Shown here: positions 11,162 through 23,858 of the stretch, piece after piece
Position numbering within the stretch: position 1 is the first letter of the stretch
How the letters are laid out: each line of letters starts with the position of its first letter
NCBI RefSeq assembly: GCF_009834535.1
Contig: NC_045697.1
Span: 10,728,001 to 10,792,000, forward strand
Direction of reading: 5' to 3'
Length of the DNA: 64,000 bases
From: Camelus ferus
Taxonomy: Eukaryota
Position numbers and translations under genes: made by a program
Notes under the pieces: generated by a model
The model's database searches: none
What the model was told of the DNA's origin: nothing
Seen by the model: the letters and a program-made list of their open reading frames with translations, nothing else

Positions 11162-13250
11162 GGGTAAGTCATTCAACAAGTATTTATCCTGTGCCTTCTC
11201 TGTGTCAAGCACCACCTTCCTGGGCCAGCAGGGGACGACTGCTGTCATGACCAGGCTCCTTGTAAAATCCTGTGACTCTGGCTGCCTCAGTGTGACAGTA
11301 AATAACTAGTAGGAACATGTGCTTAAGCCAAGTGGACAATATTTTTTCCCTCCCTGGTCACTATGATTTAAAGATATTGGTCAATTATTTGTTTCACTGT
11401 CTTACAGATGTAATTTATCAAATTTGCTCACCTTTACCATATGTATTAAAACTTCAACTTAGTACCAAGTACCTTGATAAAAGATGCAAACAGATAACCT
11501 CCTTAGACCTTGAAAAAGGATATAAAAGTGGGACAGAGAAAGAAACAGGTCAGAAATGTTGACGAGGACCAGGCAGTCCGGGACCTGGGCAGCTGGGAGG
11601 CGGTGGTGACAGGCAGCGGTGCGGGACAGGCGAGGCAGTCTCAGCGAGTCTGACACCACGCTGAGGTTTGGGGAATCAGGGAGCCTCTTTCAACAGTAAA
11701 CTCTGCCACGGACGGGCTAGATGACATGGGCCATTATCTAAGTGCCAGTCTCCTCAGCTACAAGATAAAAGTATCTACACGTCACCATCAGGAGAATTAG
11801 ACGAGACGATGATGTACATGCAGAGCAGTGGGCCCGGCACACAAAAGGCTAGTGCTGGTTTTGTACGTTCAGCACCATCTTGGGAGCTTAGGCAAGATTA
11901 CATAAGTGGTATTTTGGTTTAAAATTTTTTTTTAAGAAAAACTAAAAAAGAATGGAAGAAAGATGAATTTATCAACAAAGATGTGTTCCTCTTATCAGAC
12001 TTTGTGCACATTAGTGATGAAGAAAATGTAAGATAATTTGTTGAAAGTCAAGTACAAGTGAGAACATGACTTCAAAACATCCAGCTGTCAGCAGGCTTAG
12101 GGATCGCTGTCCTCCGGCACCATACCCCTGCTTTAGGACTGCTGACCCCAGTGGGCTCTGCTGGGACCAGCCACACACACCCACTACTCTGTCTGCCATG
12201 GACATTCTGTTAGCTGCCTTGGATACAAACTCAGGATTCAGATACGCAGAGAATCTGGGTGTATGTGTGGAGGAGGGGCTTTGCCTCCACAAGTCAAGTA
12301 GCCTTTGGACCTGTTCCGATTAGAATTCAAGCCACTGTAAGATATACCACTTGAGTTTAGGTTTCTATAAGAAAACAATGTCTGGAAATGTATTTCTAAG
12401 ATCATATATCTCATTCTGCATCTGTTTCTGATTTTTCACACATACTTGAAAACTAGCAATGAATCTAAATAAATTAATAAGAAGGTATTAAATCCCTTAA
12501 CATGCATGGTATTGGGAGTATTAAATAAACTGCAAAACTATCTCGTCCTTAAGAACAAGGCTGTACAAAAATGTCAGACATAAAAATTTCTCAATTTGAG
12601 ATACATGATCATTTCCACCGAGCTCACTTCAGCACCACCAGACTGCGATGACCTGTCTACTTCGTCTGTGAGCCCAAGTCCCTCACTATCTCAGTCCCCT
12701 GCACCTGCGCCACAGCGCCCAGCACGGACTGTACACGGTGAATGTCTGCTGGCTGAAGAACTGACGAAAATTCATGGAATCACAACTACTTCTGGTCAGC
12801 CTTGATTCAGAGATGTATAAGTAACAAAGTTTACTGCTTACATTCTATTTATCTTCATTGAAAATGCTAATTCACAGGCAGTGAATGAGTAAAAGACAAA
12901 TGTTAGGGGCTCCTGGTGAACCCCTAAAACGAGAAAGACCAGACTGTACTCACAGAGCCACAGCACGCTACGGATAAAAAATAAGCCGAGAGGCTTGGCG
13001 GCTGCAGTACCCAGCAGGGTCCACCCGACACTGGGACACAGCTCTAGAGACATCGGGTGGTTTGTGGGAAATGAGGAGCCAAAGGTCCCCACCACACATG
13101 GAGCACACTCAACCCACCTACTGGACCGAGAGAGTAGAACAGCTAAAGGTTTTTGAAGTTTTCTGCAAAACTCATTTTATTCCACAAAAAGTATGCTTTT
13201 TGGTTCAAGAGTAAAATTAGAAGGCATTGTATTTGTTAAGAGTTACTTAC

Positions 13251-13331
13251 CTGGGTTCCAAGAAAACTGTTCCATGTTTCTTAGACACACTATTAGCAAA
13301 AGCACGTAATTTGTGAATCGTTCCTTAATAT
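13251..13331 (-). CDS. TAPT1: TAPT1 exon 8 (DIKERFTNYVLLLIVCLRNMEQFSWNP)
   Basis: Acceptor ttttcag|AT, donor CAG|gtaagt; 81 nt. Confidence 0.96.
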
Positions 13332-14044
13332 CTGAAAAAAATTTAACAAATACTATAGTGCATATAAATAACATAATAATTTAGTACATATATAAAATAT
13401 TTTTCCTTTAGTCAGAACATGATAAAGTTATTATTTTATGTGTAAATGTCTGTAAAATAAATATACTATTTTAAATACAGGTGGTGCTACACTGGTTAAG
13501 CCATTTACTTCTTTCACTAGCATAATTCTGGTATGGAAATTCCAGTTTTCTACAAACTTCAATAAAATACTCAAACCATCAATCTGCTCAGATTGAGTCA
13601 GATTCCTCCAACAGTCTTTGGGGACATATGGAAAGTTTTCATTTTACAGACAAAGAAAAAAATAGAAGCAGAAAGCAAAATACAAGACTCTGGGTAGTAT
13701 AAAACCCCTGCTTTCTAGATTATTTCCAATCTGGTCAATAATAAATACCCAAGTACCAACCTTGGTAAATTCTTTAGCCAAGAAAGCATCAGTATTACAA
13801 TAGCATTTCTTAGGGTATATGTGGAACTTAGGGGAGTGAAACAAGCTCAAAATTAGATTTCAAGAGGATATTTACCATAAGTTACTAAGTACTCTGAGCT
13901 TAGCCTGAATGAATTTAAAAAAAAGCAAATAACTAAATTCCTGCTAAAGGCTAGTTTACACAGTTCACTCTAAGCTGTTACCTTATCACAGTCTAAGATA
14001 CGCTGTAATAGAGAAATGGAATGAAATAAATCCATGTCTGCAGT

Positions 14045-14378
14045 GAGTGTCTTGTCTTATATGTCAGTCTTTAAGCCATTCTGAGTTTATCCCTGTGTGT
14101 GGTGTGAGGGAGTGTTCTAACTTCACTGATTTACATGCTGCTGTCCAGTTACCCCAACACCACTTGCTGAAGAGACTTTTCTCCATTGTATATTCTTGCC
14201 TCCTTTGTAGAAGGTTAATTGACCAAAAGTCTGTGGGTTTATTTCTGGGCTCTCTATTCTGTTCCATTGATCCATATGTCTGTTTTTACCACGCTGTTCT
14301 GATTTTTTGTAGCTCTGTAGTATTTTTTGTTTGTTTGCTGGTTTATTTTATTTTTTTAATTGAAGTACAGTCAGTTGC
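14045..14378 (-). mobile_element. LINE-1 ORF2 fragment plus an adjacent short L1 tail piece
   Basis: ORF 14064..14267 (-) contains [17 protein letters not shown]...[14 protein letters not shown], typical of L1 ORF2. Confidence 0.85.
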
Positions 14379-14929
14379 CATGCCCACGTGCTGCGTCTAC
14401 GCAGTGATGGGAGCTGTGGCTAGGCCATCATGCGCCTAGGAACCATCTCGAATGCCTGTATGCATCTGCTGTCACTCCCCTAATAGCCCAGCACCTCGGT
14501 CATCCAGGGCCTCCCGTGGGGCCCCAGAGCCCCTCTGCATTTCAGCTTCACCTTGAAGCCCTTCCTGGGACTGCTCTCCGTTGCTCTACAGCAAATGATC
14601 TGGACTCTTATCTACAGCTACACCCGGTCTCCACAAGCAAGCTGGTGTCCTCCACGTGCCTTCCCGAGATGACTAACTGCTTCCCAGTCAGTCGCAGCAC
14701 CTCTTTTCTAGAGGAGCTCAGATCCCAGCCCTTGTCTGTAAGGAGTCTGAGCTGTCTCCTTACTTCTTCAAAAGCCAGTGGGCACAACTTGCTGTTCTAT
14801 TATGAAAACTAGAGAGTAACTTCCTGTGAAATACCATATTTTGGGGTATAAACTCACAGTACAGTGAGTCTCGAGGTGAAGAGCACAGGCACGCCCCCTT
14901 GAAGGAAGCACATGCAGGGGTTTAACGAA

Positions 14930-15063
14930 CACGTGTTACAGACAACAAGGTCCAACTGTACAGCACAGGGAACCCTGTAACAGCCGTGTAACCAAATCAC
15001 CGTGCTGTCCCCAGAAATTAACGCAACACTGTAAATCAACTGTACTTCAATAAAAAAAAAAAA
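14930..15063 (+). mobile_element. L1 3'-end fragment with poly-A
   Basis: CAACAAGGTCC..CTGTACAGCACAGGGAAC...CACTGTAAATCAACTGTACTTCAATAAAAAAA resembles a cetartiodactyl L1 3' UTR. Confidence 0.75.
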
Positions 15064-17829
15064 GTACACATGGTGTGACTAGTTCTAGATCACATGTTCA
15101 ACTTATTTTGTGATGTCAAAAGGGAACACTGGTTAAAGGAAGCTAAGAAAAGTCTGTCCTAAAACAATTTCCACCATAATCTAAAACAAAATTTATCCTC
15201 TGCTATTTATGTACAGTCAACTGTGGAACTTAATTCATGGGATTAAGCAAATCTGTCAAAGTACCTTTAATGGAATTCTGTAAAATTATTCACAAAGCCG
15301 CATCAATAGTGTGTTAAGTCCCCTGAATTTCTAATTTCTATAAACAAATTTAGCAAAGCAATGTACTTATTTCTGACCCTCCTACTAAGCAGGGACATAT
15401 GATACTGACTTGGTTCACTGTAGAATTATCTGGAAAGAAATCACCTTGAGAAATTTAAAACATTATTTGAGACAAGCCAACATAATTTTAAAAACTCTAA
15501 TAAAACAAAAACAATAGCAGTGTTTAAATCAATCACATTTTTTGACTCTTGGACACAGGGCAGGTGGCAGCATAGAGGAAACCCATAATCATTTCAATTC
15601 TAAGGACACCATAAAAGGAGTGAAAGTCCATCTTAGGGGAATATTTAAGGCAAAATAGATTTTAGAAAAGCAGACTATTTCAAAATACTGTAGAGATTAA
15701 TAAAAACTGGTAACTTTTGGTAGATAAATGCAATTTTACACTATGAAGGATATGAAAAGTGGTTTAAGTTTAAAGATTAAAAAGAAAAGCAGCACAAAAA
15801 AGCACTCATTTATCAATCTAACTATGAAAATGAGGTTGTTATGCAAATATTTAAAAAATGTTTCATTTTTGTACTTTCACAATTTAGTTTTTTTTACATT
15901 TAAATGATTTACATACATTTTGAAGCCAAGATTTGACTTTTAAAATTTGAGCATTATTAAAGTATACTAAAATTCTGAAAAAGTTACTCCAGAATGAAAT
16001 AAAACCTTATATAAGGAAATGAAGTTTTTTTGGAAAATAACAGATTCTAATGATAATCTAACGTTTTTACTAGATAAATAAGGCAATTAACAACTTATTT
16101 ACATCATATCTCATCTTCAGAACAAAGTTTTGACTTGGACAGAACTCTTACATTAATTAAAAAATGAAAACTTCTATCAAAATGGAAATGTCTTCTCTTA
16201 ACCATTATTAAGGAGCTTAAAAACACTGGTGACTAATACTTTAAAAATTTTAGATTTCTGATCTGCAGATTATGAAGCTCCCTTTTCTCTTCTATGTTAC
16301 CACTAAGGGGGATATACTTTAACGTAGTTACAATTGCATTTTAAACAGGAAATAAGTAACTATTTCACTTCCAACAGTCATTCAAGTTAATGCAGTTATA
16401 CAGGCTTATGCTGAGTGAAACAGAAGCACCCTGGGATGGGACCTGAGTGCAGATCAATGTAACTCCTGCAGGATCTTTCTGAATGTACAGTTCACATTAT
16501 CAATGGGTTATTAACGGCATAAAAATTTTCATTTTAAGAATGCAAATCGGAAAGGCCTAGGTTCCAATACTCTGGTACTTACACTAACATGAAGTGAAAG
16601 AAAAAATAAACTGTTGAAAGCTGGGTTTTATTAACTAAACTCCATTTCATGTGTCCTCAGGCAATTCCCTTAAAGAAACTGTACAGTCAGGTAATAAGCT
16701 GAAAGGGATAAAGTCACTAAAATTTCCAAACCAAGTTTTAACAGTAAACTAGCACAAGGCACTGAATTTGATCCTACACACACAGCAGCTCAAAGTCTCA
16801 GAGAAATTCACAGGAAAAGAAGGAGCTGGTGTGTGACCAGCGGCATCCTTTGGGCTGGTTCTCATCTCACAGCTGCTAATGCATGTGGAGGAGGCAATAA
16901 ACCCAGTCACCTTGTGAAAAGTAGGCTCCAGTGACTCCTTATCCACCCCTTTAGTATCTGAGCACCGCATGCAACACCAGCGAGATTGTCTAGGACGGAT
17001 TTTTCCTTCTTACTTGGGAATGGGTTTTAAAAGCTACCCGAGGTAAAATTAATTTCTTATAAAACTTGCTGAAGATAGAAGGCAGCACAATACAGAGCAC
17101 CCTGCACTGTAACATGAACTACTTTACCTTTAATAAAAAGTAAAACTTTTCATGCTGGTTACTAACCATTCTAAGCCAAAATATACTCCTGAATTTCTTG
17201 TAAACTGATATGCACTGCCTGGTCCACATGCCGCTGTTTTCAGAGTTTTCTTAAAACTGAAATATTGAGTCTCTAATCCTTCTAAAGTAAGAGATTATAA
17301 TCTGGGGGACCAGCTCATAAAAGAAAGAAAAGGGGATATTAATTACATCAACATATTAGTGATAAGGTTAAAAATCATTCATAATCTCCTCCTCATGATA
17401 TATAAAGACTGAAAACCCTTAAAACTTAAAGAACTGCTTGTCTAGTTTAAAGCTCTATAAAGAGACCCTACTAAAATCAGGTTATTAATAAAAGTAATGA
17501 TTTCTGCTACAAGTGAAATTTTTATAGTTGAATTAACATATTGTATAATTAATTCTTGAAGCTGAGAAAAAAAAAATCCTATAACATAGCCCTCCCCTCC
17601 CCTCCTCTCCCGTTTCAGGTTCACAGGGCTGGGCAGCGCACACCTGAGGAAGAACGCTGCTGCACAGAGAGACACAGCCCAGACTGCCCCTCAGAGCTCT
17701 GTGACCTACAGTCTATCGCTGTCCCGCAGAACTTTCTGAAGTTCTTCATTTCTTCTTTTTGTTTCTAGCCTAGTTTTCAAATCTCCTATAGCTCTAAATA
17801 TTCATTTGCTTTAATTTATTCATACGCCA

Positions 17830-18480
17830 TTATTTTCCTTGTCTAACATAGAGGTAAAGTTTATACACAGTGAAATTTTACTCTTAAGTGTACAATCTGA
17901 TAAGTTTTGATGAATACATACCCTAGGCCACCATCCCCATAATTAAAACACAGAGCGGTTCCATCACTACAGCACATTCCCTTGTACCGCCCCTGTCCCA
18001 GCCTATCCCCACCCTAGGAAGCAAGCACTCTTCTTCATCTATCATCATAAATTCATTGTCTGATCATAAACCTCGTATATATGAAACCACACAGTATGCA
18101 CTCTGTGTGTCCGGCCTCTTCTCACTCAGCGTAAGGCTTCTGAGACACGTCCACACAGATGAATGTACCAGTAGTTTTCTCTAATTGCTGAGAAGCGTGG
18201 ACATAACAAAATTTATTTATCTACTTTCTTCTTAATAGGAGGATTTGGGTTGTTGCCAGTTTCTGGTTACGAGCGAAGCTGCCATAATAACTCTTGTACA
18301 AGTCTTTTAGTGAAAATGTGTCCTCACTGATGAGAACACAGGATAGGTGAATATTTAAACATACAAGAAACCGCCGGAAGGCTTTCCAGAGTAGCTGCAG
18401 TATTTTACACTCGTGCCATCTAACACATGAGAATGCCAGTCACTCCCCAAGGTCACTGACGCTCGGCATCGTCAGGCTAC
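17830..18480 (-). mobile_element. Old L1M 3'-region fragment
   Basis: TTAAGTGTACAATCTGATAAGTTTTGA..TTTGGGTTGTTGCCAGTTT..TTCCAGAGTAGCTG..TTTACACTC pattern. Confidence 0.65.
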
Positions 18481-18824
18481 AGGGCCAGCTATTCACAGTG
18501 GATGTGTGGTGACCTCTCTCTGGCTTCCACTCCCCCACCGACCCCCCATTTTTACCACAGTGCAAATGGCAACATGGTGTAAGAGATAAATAATATCCTC
18601 ATATTCTTATGAAAACAGTTTTGATTTTGCAGACTTCCCTCCAGGGACTCAGGGACTCTCCCCTTCAGGGTTCCATAGGCCATACTTTGAGAACTAAGAC
18701 CTTATGCTCCTCTGATTTTCCTAACTATGTAAGATAATGTTTCCAGGGATAAATTCTGTGCCTTCACACTTCTTAGAAAGGAGGAAGGAAGGTCAAACAG
18801 AAAAAGCCAAGAACCGAGAGACAA

Positions 18825-19010
18825 CCTGAGGCTTACTGTCACAGTTTCACTCTTAGTAGCTAAGTGAGTGACCTTGGTGAAGTCAAATTACTTTCTCTGT
18901 GTTTCAGTTTCCATAGCCATAAAGTGAAATAGTATTAACTGTTTCCAAGGAATTTCTGAGATTAATGAGAAGCTTCTGCAAGTATGGTAAAGTGCTATAC
19001 AAATGCCTGT
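18825..19010 (+). mobile_element. MIR SINE fragment
   Basis: GTGACCTTGGTGAAGTCA..TTTCTCTGTGTTTCAGTTTCC..TAAAGTG. Confidence 0.65.
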
Positions 19011-19216
19011 GATTTTTAAAACATTATCTTAAACATCCTGAGATTACAATAAGCAAAGAAATAGTAATTAAAAAAAAAACTTAGTAAAGATGTTGAGAGA
19101 ATGAGAAAGCACAACATAAGTCAGAGAAACAGTGGCCCACAGGAACTGTGGCATCAGAGTTTTAGAATGACTTATAATACTGCAAAACGCTGCAGGTAGG
19201 ATCTAATTGTACATAC

Positions 19217-19286
19217 CGCTATTTGACATTTGAAAAAGATTGTTCTTTTCAAACTTCTTGAAAACACTTCCTTTAATTTCAACAAA
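19217..19286 (-). CDS. TAPT1: TAPT1 exon 7 (FVEIKGSVFKKFEKNNLFQMSNS)
   Basis: Acceptor tttcag|TTT, donor GCG|gtatgt; 70 nt. Confidence 0.96.
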
Positions 19287-19466
19287 CTGAAATAGTAAAC
19301 ACAGACATCATTGTCATCAATATAACAGTTTTAAAATGGACATGCTACTCATAAAGCTACCTAGAGAATAAAAACCATTTAGAAAAACTAATTTTGTCCC
19401 ATCTAAAATATTGCCGTTAAACTGCCCATATATCCTCAAAAATGTGAAATAAAATCTCATACTTAC

Positions 19467-19564
19467 ATTATTAGACATCATGATAGTAAGCAGGGACTTG
19501 TTGTGTGAGTTAAAAGCTACGTTGAGAGTTGTTGCTTGAACCATTATAAGAATTGCATGCAAAA
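19467..19564 (-). CDS. TAPT1: TAPT1 exon 6 (FLHAILIMVQATTLNVAFNSHNKSLLTIMMSNN)
   Basis: Acceptor ctgctag|TT preceded by a U12 branch site; donor AAT|gtaagt; 98 nt. Confidence 0.96.
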
Positions 19565-20780
19565 CTAGCAGTAAGTGATGTCAAGGAAAAAACTTAAGTC
19601 TGTTTTCAGTTTATGTTAATAGGTAATACTATAAAATCTTGAAAGTTTATAATGGGGAAAAAGGTGACTATGCTTTCTAAATCAAGCCTTACAGAAGCAT
19701 TTTATTCTCTTTGTAATTTCCCCATCAGCTCTATCTGATATAAATCTGATGGGATAAGATATATGCAACCCATTTTGAAATAAACAAAAGCAGAAACGAA
19801 CCTCTGTGCCTCCAACCACTTAGACTGTGAGTTCTGGAAAACGGCTATGTTGCTCTTTCTAGAGCTCTGGCATTTCGTACAATGCTTGGGAAATAGGACC
19901 TCAGAAAAGTTTATTAAATAAAACTGAATAAATTCTGGTAAATACTGAAAGAAGAGACTTAGATATACACATTCTGAATTAAGAAAATTTGCATTTTAAG
20001 AGAGAAAAGAACACGAAGTAAAAGTTATCCTGGACGTGATTTTCCTCTCCGGTTCTTCAAGGATGGGGAGTGTGAGATAATAAGGAATGTCTGACAATTA
20101 AGACTCTTCCTCAGATGTCCTTTTTGAAGCAGCCACAAGCTGTAGAATTATACTCGTACTACATATGGAATAGTTTACTTAAATTAGAACAATACTTTTT
20201 ACTCCATTTACACTTAGAACAAGCTTCTATTCTCAAAGAAATCTTCCCACATGGTCCTTTAACTTCCCAAATCTAGTCCAATTCTCTCAAGCATCGCTCT
20301 TTCAGAGACAGTACAAAAAAATCACATGCCACCGTCCTATGAACGAGTCCTGACTCCACACGGAATGTAAGTGTAGGCTGCACGTGTGTGTAAATACAGA
20401 TGCACGGGCACACACACTTGCACACCGGGTTACAGAGTAAAGCATCTCCTCTCCAGAAGAAAAGCTTTCAGATGCGGGTGATGGAGGGGAAAATCAAATC
20501 TCCAAAATTCCTCCCCAATCAATTTCAAATTTTACTTTAGATGAACTGTATACATTTTAAGCTGAAAGTTATAACAAAGAAGTCACAGGCTTAAAGATAA
20601 TGTCAAAAAAGTTCTAATATAAGTATGGAAAAGTTACATAGATTTATACAATGTAAAGTATGTATAAATAGACTATCCCTTTATTCTAAAACCCTTCCTT
20701 ACAATCAGTTACACTGAGAAGAGAACTATTTTCTAGCAGTTCAAGGGTCCTGCACACATGAGGCTCTTCAAATTAACTGA

Positions 20781-20960
20781 CAGTCACGGTTGGCCCACGA
20801 GCAACATGGGCCTGAGCTGCATGGGCCCACTTACATGCATGTATTTTTCAGTGGTGATTACTATGCTACTACATGGTCCGTGGTTGATTGAATCCTCAGA
20901 TACGGAGGGCTGATAATTAGTTATACTTGGATTAACCCACGTTGTTCAAGGTCTACTGTA
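20781..20960. mobile_element. Tigger2/MER8-like non-autonomous TcMar DNA transposon
   Basis: Ends resemble CAGTTGACCCTTGAACAAC...GTTGTTCAAGGGTCAACTG TIRs; internal GGGCCCACTTACATG...TACGGAGGGCTG. Confidence 0.7.
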
Positions 20961-21011
20961 CTGCTGTAACCAATTTCTCAAAAGAGATCAGACATTTCAC
21001 ATTTATCTTTA

Positions 21012-21013
<2 letters not shown>

Positions 21014-21057
<44 letters not shown>
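21014..21057. repeat. (AC)~22 microsatellite inside the U12 intron
   Basis: Perfect dinucleotide run. Confidence 0.97.
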
Positions 21058-21059
<2 letters not shown>

Positions 21060-21145
21060 CTTCAGAACTGAGAAACAGCTAACCAAAAAGAACGATGTAG
21101 ACTACACATTGATGCTTGGAATTTCCAAGAAGTCTAAAAGGATAC

Positions 21146-21281
21146 AGACATAGAGAACGGCCATGAAAAAATGAGGAATCACCCCGATGTGGGCTCTTTT
21201 TCTTTCTTTGGGCTCTGTTGCGGTCCAGTAGAGAGCATCTAATATATCTTGTCCAAATGATGAAAACAGACGATCTGCCAC
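21146..21281 (-). CDS. TAPT1: TAPT1 exon 5 (VADRLFSSFGQDILDALYWTATEPKERKRAHIGVIPHFFMAVLYV)
   Basis: Acceptor ctctctag|GTG; U12-type donor T|GTATCCTTTT; 136 nt. Confidence 0.96.
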
Positions 21282-21959
21282 CTAGAGAGAAAAATTTTGG
21301 AAAGGTGTTTCTTAATATTCCATTTGAATATTTGACTAAACTTCAGAGGTAACTCAAGTACTGGAGATGTGACTTTCTATTTATTTATTTTTTATTGTTT
21401 TCTTTTTTTCCCCCTGACTTTTTAAATCCCACTAGAAGGTAAGCTCCAAAAGAGAACAGGGATCTTTGTTTCTTACTTAAATTTTCTTATTCTCTGACAC
21501 AAAATGAGTGCTCAAATTTTATATTATTTAAGTTACACTGTCTAATTAGCTATGTTTGTAACAAGGAAAGTCTTACTGTAGTAGCAAAAATAAAAGAGAG
21601 ACGATGTATCAAAATCATAGCTCCTCTGGTTTTAACTCTTTAAATTCAAATTCAGGATTCAAACTTAAATCCTTTAGGATAAGCATATCATTTGACCCAT
21701 TCTACACATACCTAGTATCTGTAAACAACAATTTGTTTAAGGTTTATCACACAGCATATAGTATGCAGCCTTGCTTCCTAAAGACATTTTCAAGTACTGA
21801 CCTCCATGCATATAGTATGATAAATAAAAAGGCACATAACAGAGAAAGGAGGGCATAGCATTCAGGATTCAGCTGGAATGTCACATTCTAAGACAGGACT
21901 TCCCAGATCCTCCAATCTCGGGGCTCCATGGTGTCTAATGTGTCAACCCTGTTCTTCGT

Positions 21960-22330
21960 CTTCATGGTAATTATCATTTCCAAATACCTCCTAGTTTACT
22001 GGCCTCTCCCAGCTGTAGAGTACAAGACTAGGCTTCGTTCACGTCTGGACCTTCAGGGTCTAAGGCAGTGCCTGGCATGCACAAAGTGTTGATGACATAT
22101 TTGCTGAATGAAGGAGTAAGAGCTGCCCTTCACAGGAGCTCTTACCACATGCCCGGCATTGTGCTAAGCCCTCTCGATGTGCTGTCTCACTTAATCCTCC
22201 TAATTCCCCTGGCATCTCCATTTCACAAGTGAGAGCTGAGGGTTAGAGTCGTTCAGCAGCCAGTGTGCTGGATAACCAGGATGGGAGGGGGTCTACCTCC
22301 AGACTAAGCCCTGGACTCTCGTCCACTGTG
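21960..22330. mobile_element. L2 3' end followed by a reverse MIR fragment
   Basis: CAGTGCCTGGCATG..ATATTTGCTGAATGAAG (L2 tail); ATTGTGCTAAG..TTAATCCTC..CATTTCACAAG..GCTGAGG (MIR). Confidence 0.6.
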
Positions 22331-23454
22331 CCTAAACCACCTCAACTGTAGTCTACAAAGTGGGTACGTATTTAAACCATTTTCATCAGGAATTCATTTC
22401 CTGGTCTATTTCTTAGTAACAGTAATGACACCACCTTGTAGAGGACTTTGTAAATCAGGAGGCAGGTGTGTTAAGGTTAGGGGTAGGGAGAAGCCCCGTC
22501 ACCAGGCGATCCTCTCAGAGAGAAGGCAGGAAAGGAGACCAGTGGGGCACCGGTGTGAAGATGGGCTCCCAGCCAGCGAGCACAGGAGGCTTAGGCTTTT
22601 CTTCCTTGGGGGGACGGGAGGGGAGGTCGGTGGGGGAGGGCAGGGAGAGCAGCCCGGCTACCCTGCTTCACAAACTGCACCCATGGCCATCGTCTGCATC
22701 TCACTCGATGGGGCAAAGCGAGTGTACAGCAACGAGCCTACGATCAGGATGCTGCGGTGTGGTTTTCAACCACCTCGGTCAACGAGTGTGGGGTAACCAG
22801 GATGGCTAGGGTTCTGTAGCCTCTGTGAAGAGACGGAAGACCCTCATCCCCTCAGCGGAGCAGAGAGGCCAGCTGCCCCCACCTCACCCCGTGTGTTCAT
22901 TCATTAGGGAACACTCATTTGTGACTAAGTTAAAAGAGAGGTAGACCTTACTTATGTCCCTAAAAAGCAGTATAGCAAAGTGCAATTTGAATCTCAAAAG
23001 TTAACTATATAACCTAGGGTAGTCTACTATTTTAAAAACTTACTAAGATTCTGTCTATAAAGTAAGGCATTTCTTTTGCTTTGAGTAACTGCTTATTTTT
23101 TGTATAAATGTAGATTTTCACATGATGACTACTTTAACATGACATATTGTATTACAAATGTTAAGGACTTAGAAACATTGGGAAACTTACATTTACTTGC
23201 TCTCTGTAAAAATTTAAAAGAAATTAAAAAGGTAAATCTATTATAGCCAACATATACATAATCCTAATATTTTCTTCATAAATTTTAAAGTTCTAGCATA
23301 AAGTATACCTACGTTTCCAATGAATTTGCGAAATAACTTCCCTAGCATTTGACAGTGTACGTTCTAAAGGCGTACAGACTCAAAAATGTCTGGGCGACAG
23401 GTCCCCTTCTTCCCACTTGAGGACACGTCATGCCCGGAGGACCTGCTGCCCTAA

Positions 23455-23562
23455 GTGTGTCCCAGGTCCAGCAGCACAGGCACCACCTCGTTAGACAGAT
23501 TCTCCAGCTCCAGCCCAGATCTTCCAAATCAGAGTCTGCACTTTAACAAGGTCCCCCGTGAC
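23455..23562. mobile_element. MER5A-like hAT fragment
   Basis: AATCAGAGTCTGCACTTTAACAAGGTCCCCCGTGA motif. Confidence 0.6.
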
Positions 23563-23695
23563 CGTACAAACACCATTCCCAGGGGCGGCAGGAAAGCACT
23601 CTACACTGGAAGACCTGAGGCTGTGTGCCGCCCATCAGCCCCGTGCAGGCGGGGGGCCGGGCAGACTGGGCGGGTGGACGCGCGTCCTCACACAC

Positions 23696-23858
23696 CTCGA
23701 GCATGTTGTAGATGATGTAGAGCTTGATGACCGACTGTCCCCGAATCAGGTGGTACATCATGGAGTAGTCCACGTAGTGCATCATGAAATAGCAGATGAC
23801 CAAAATGACACCCTTCAAGATGTCACACACCTGGGCAGGCTGGAGCAGACGTCTGTCC
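23696..23858 (-). CDS. TAPT1: TAPT1 exon 4 (DRRLLQPAQVCDILKG...IKLYIIYNMLE)
   Basis: Acceptor tttcag|G, donor GAG|gtgtgt; 163 nt; lies inside ORF 23543..23938. Confidence 0.97.

Larger units (their letters stand above)
19565..21145 (-). other. U12-type (minor spliceosome) GT-AG intron 5 of TAPT1
   Basis: 5' splice site GTATCCTTTT (21145-21136); branch site TTCCTTGAC (19588-19580), branch A ~17 nt from the 3' splice site. Confidence 0.95.
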
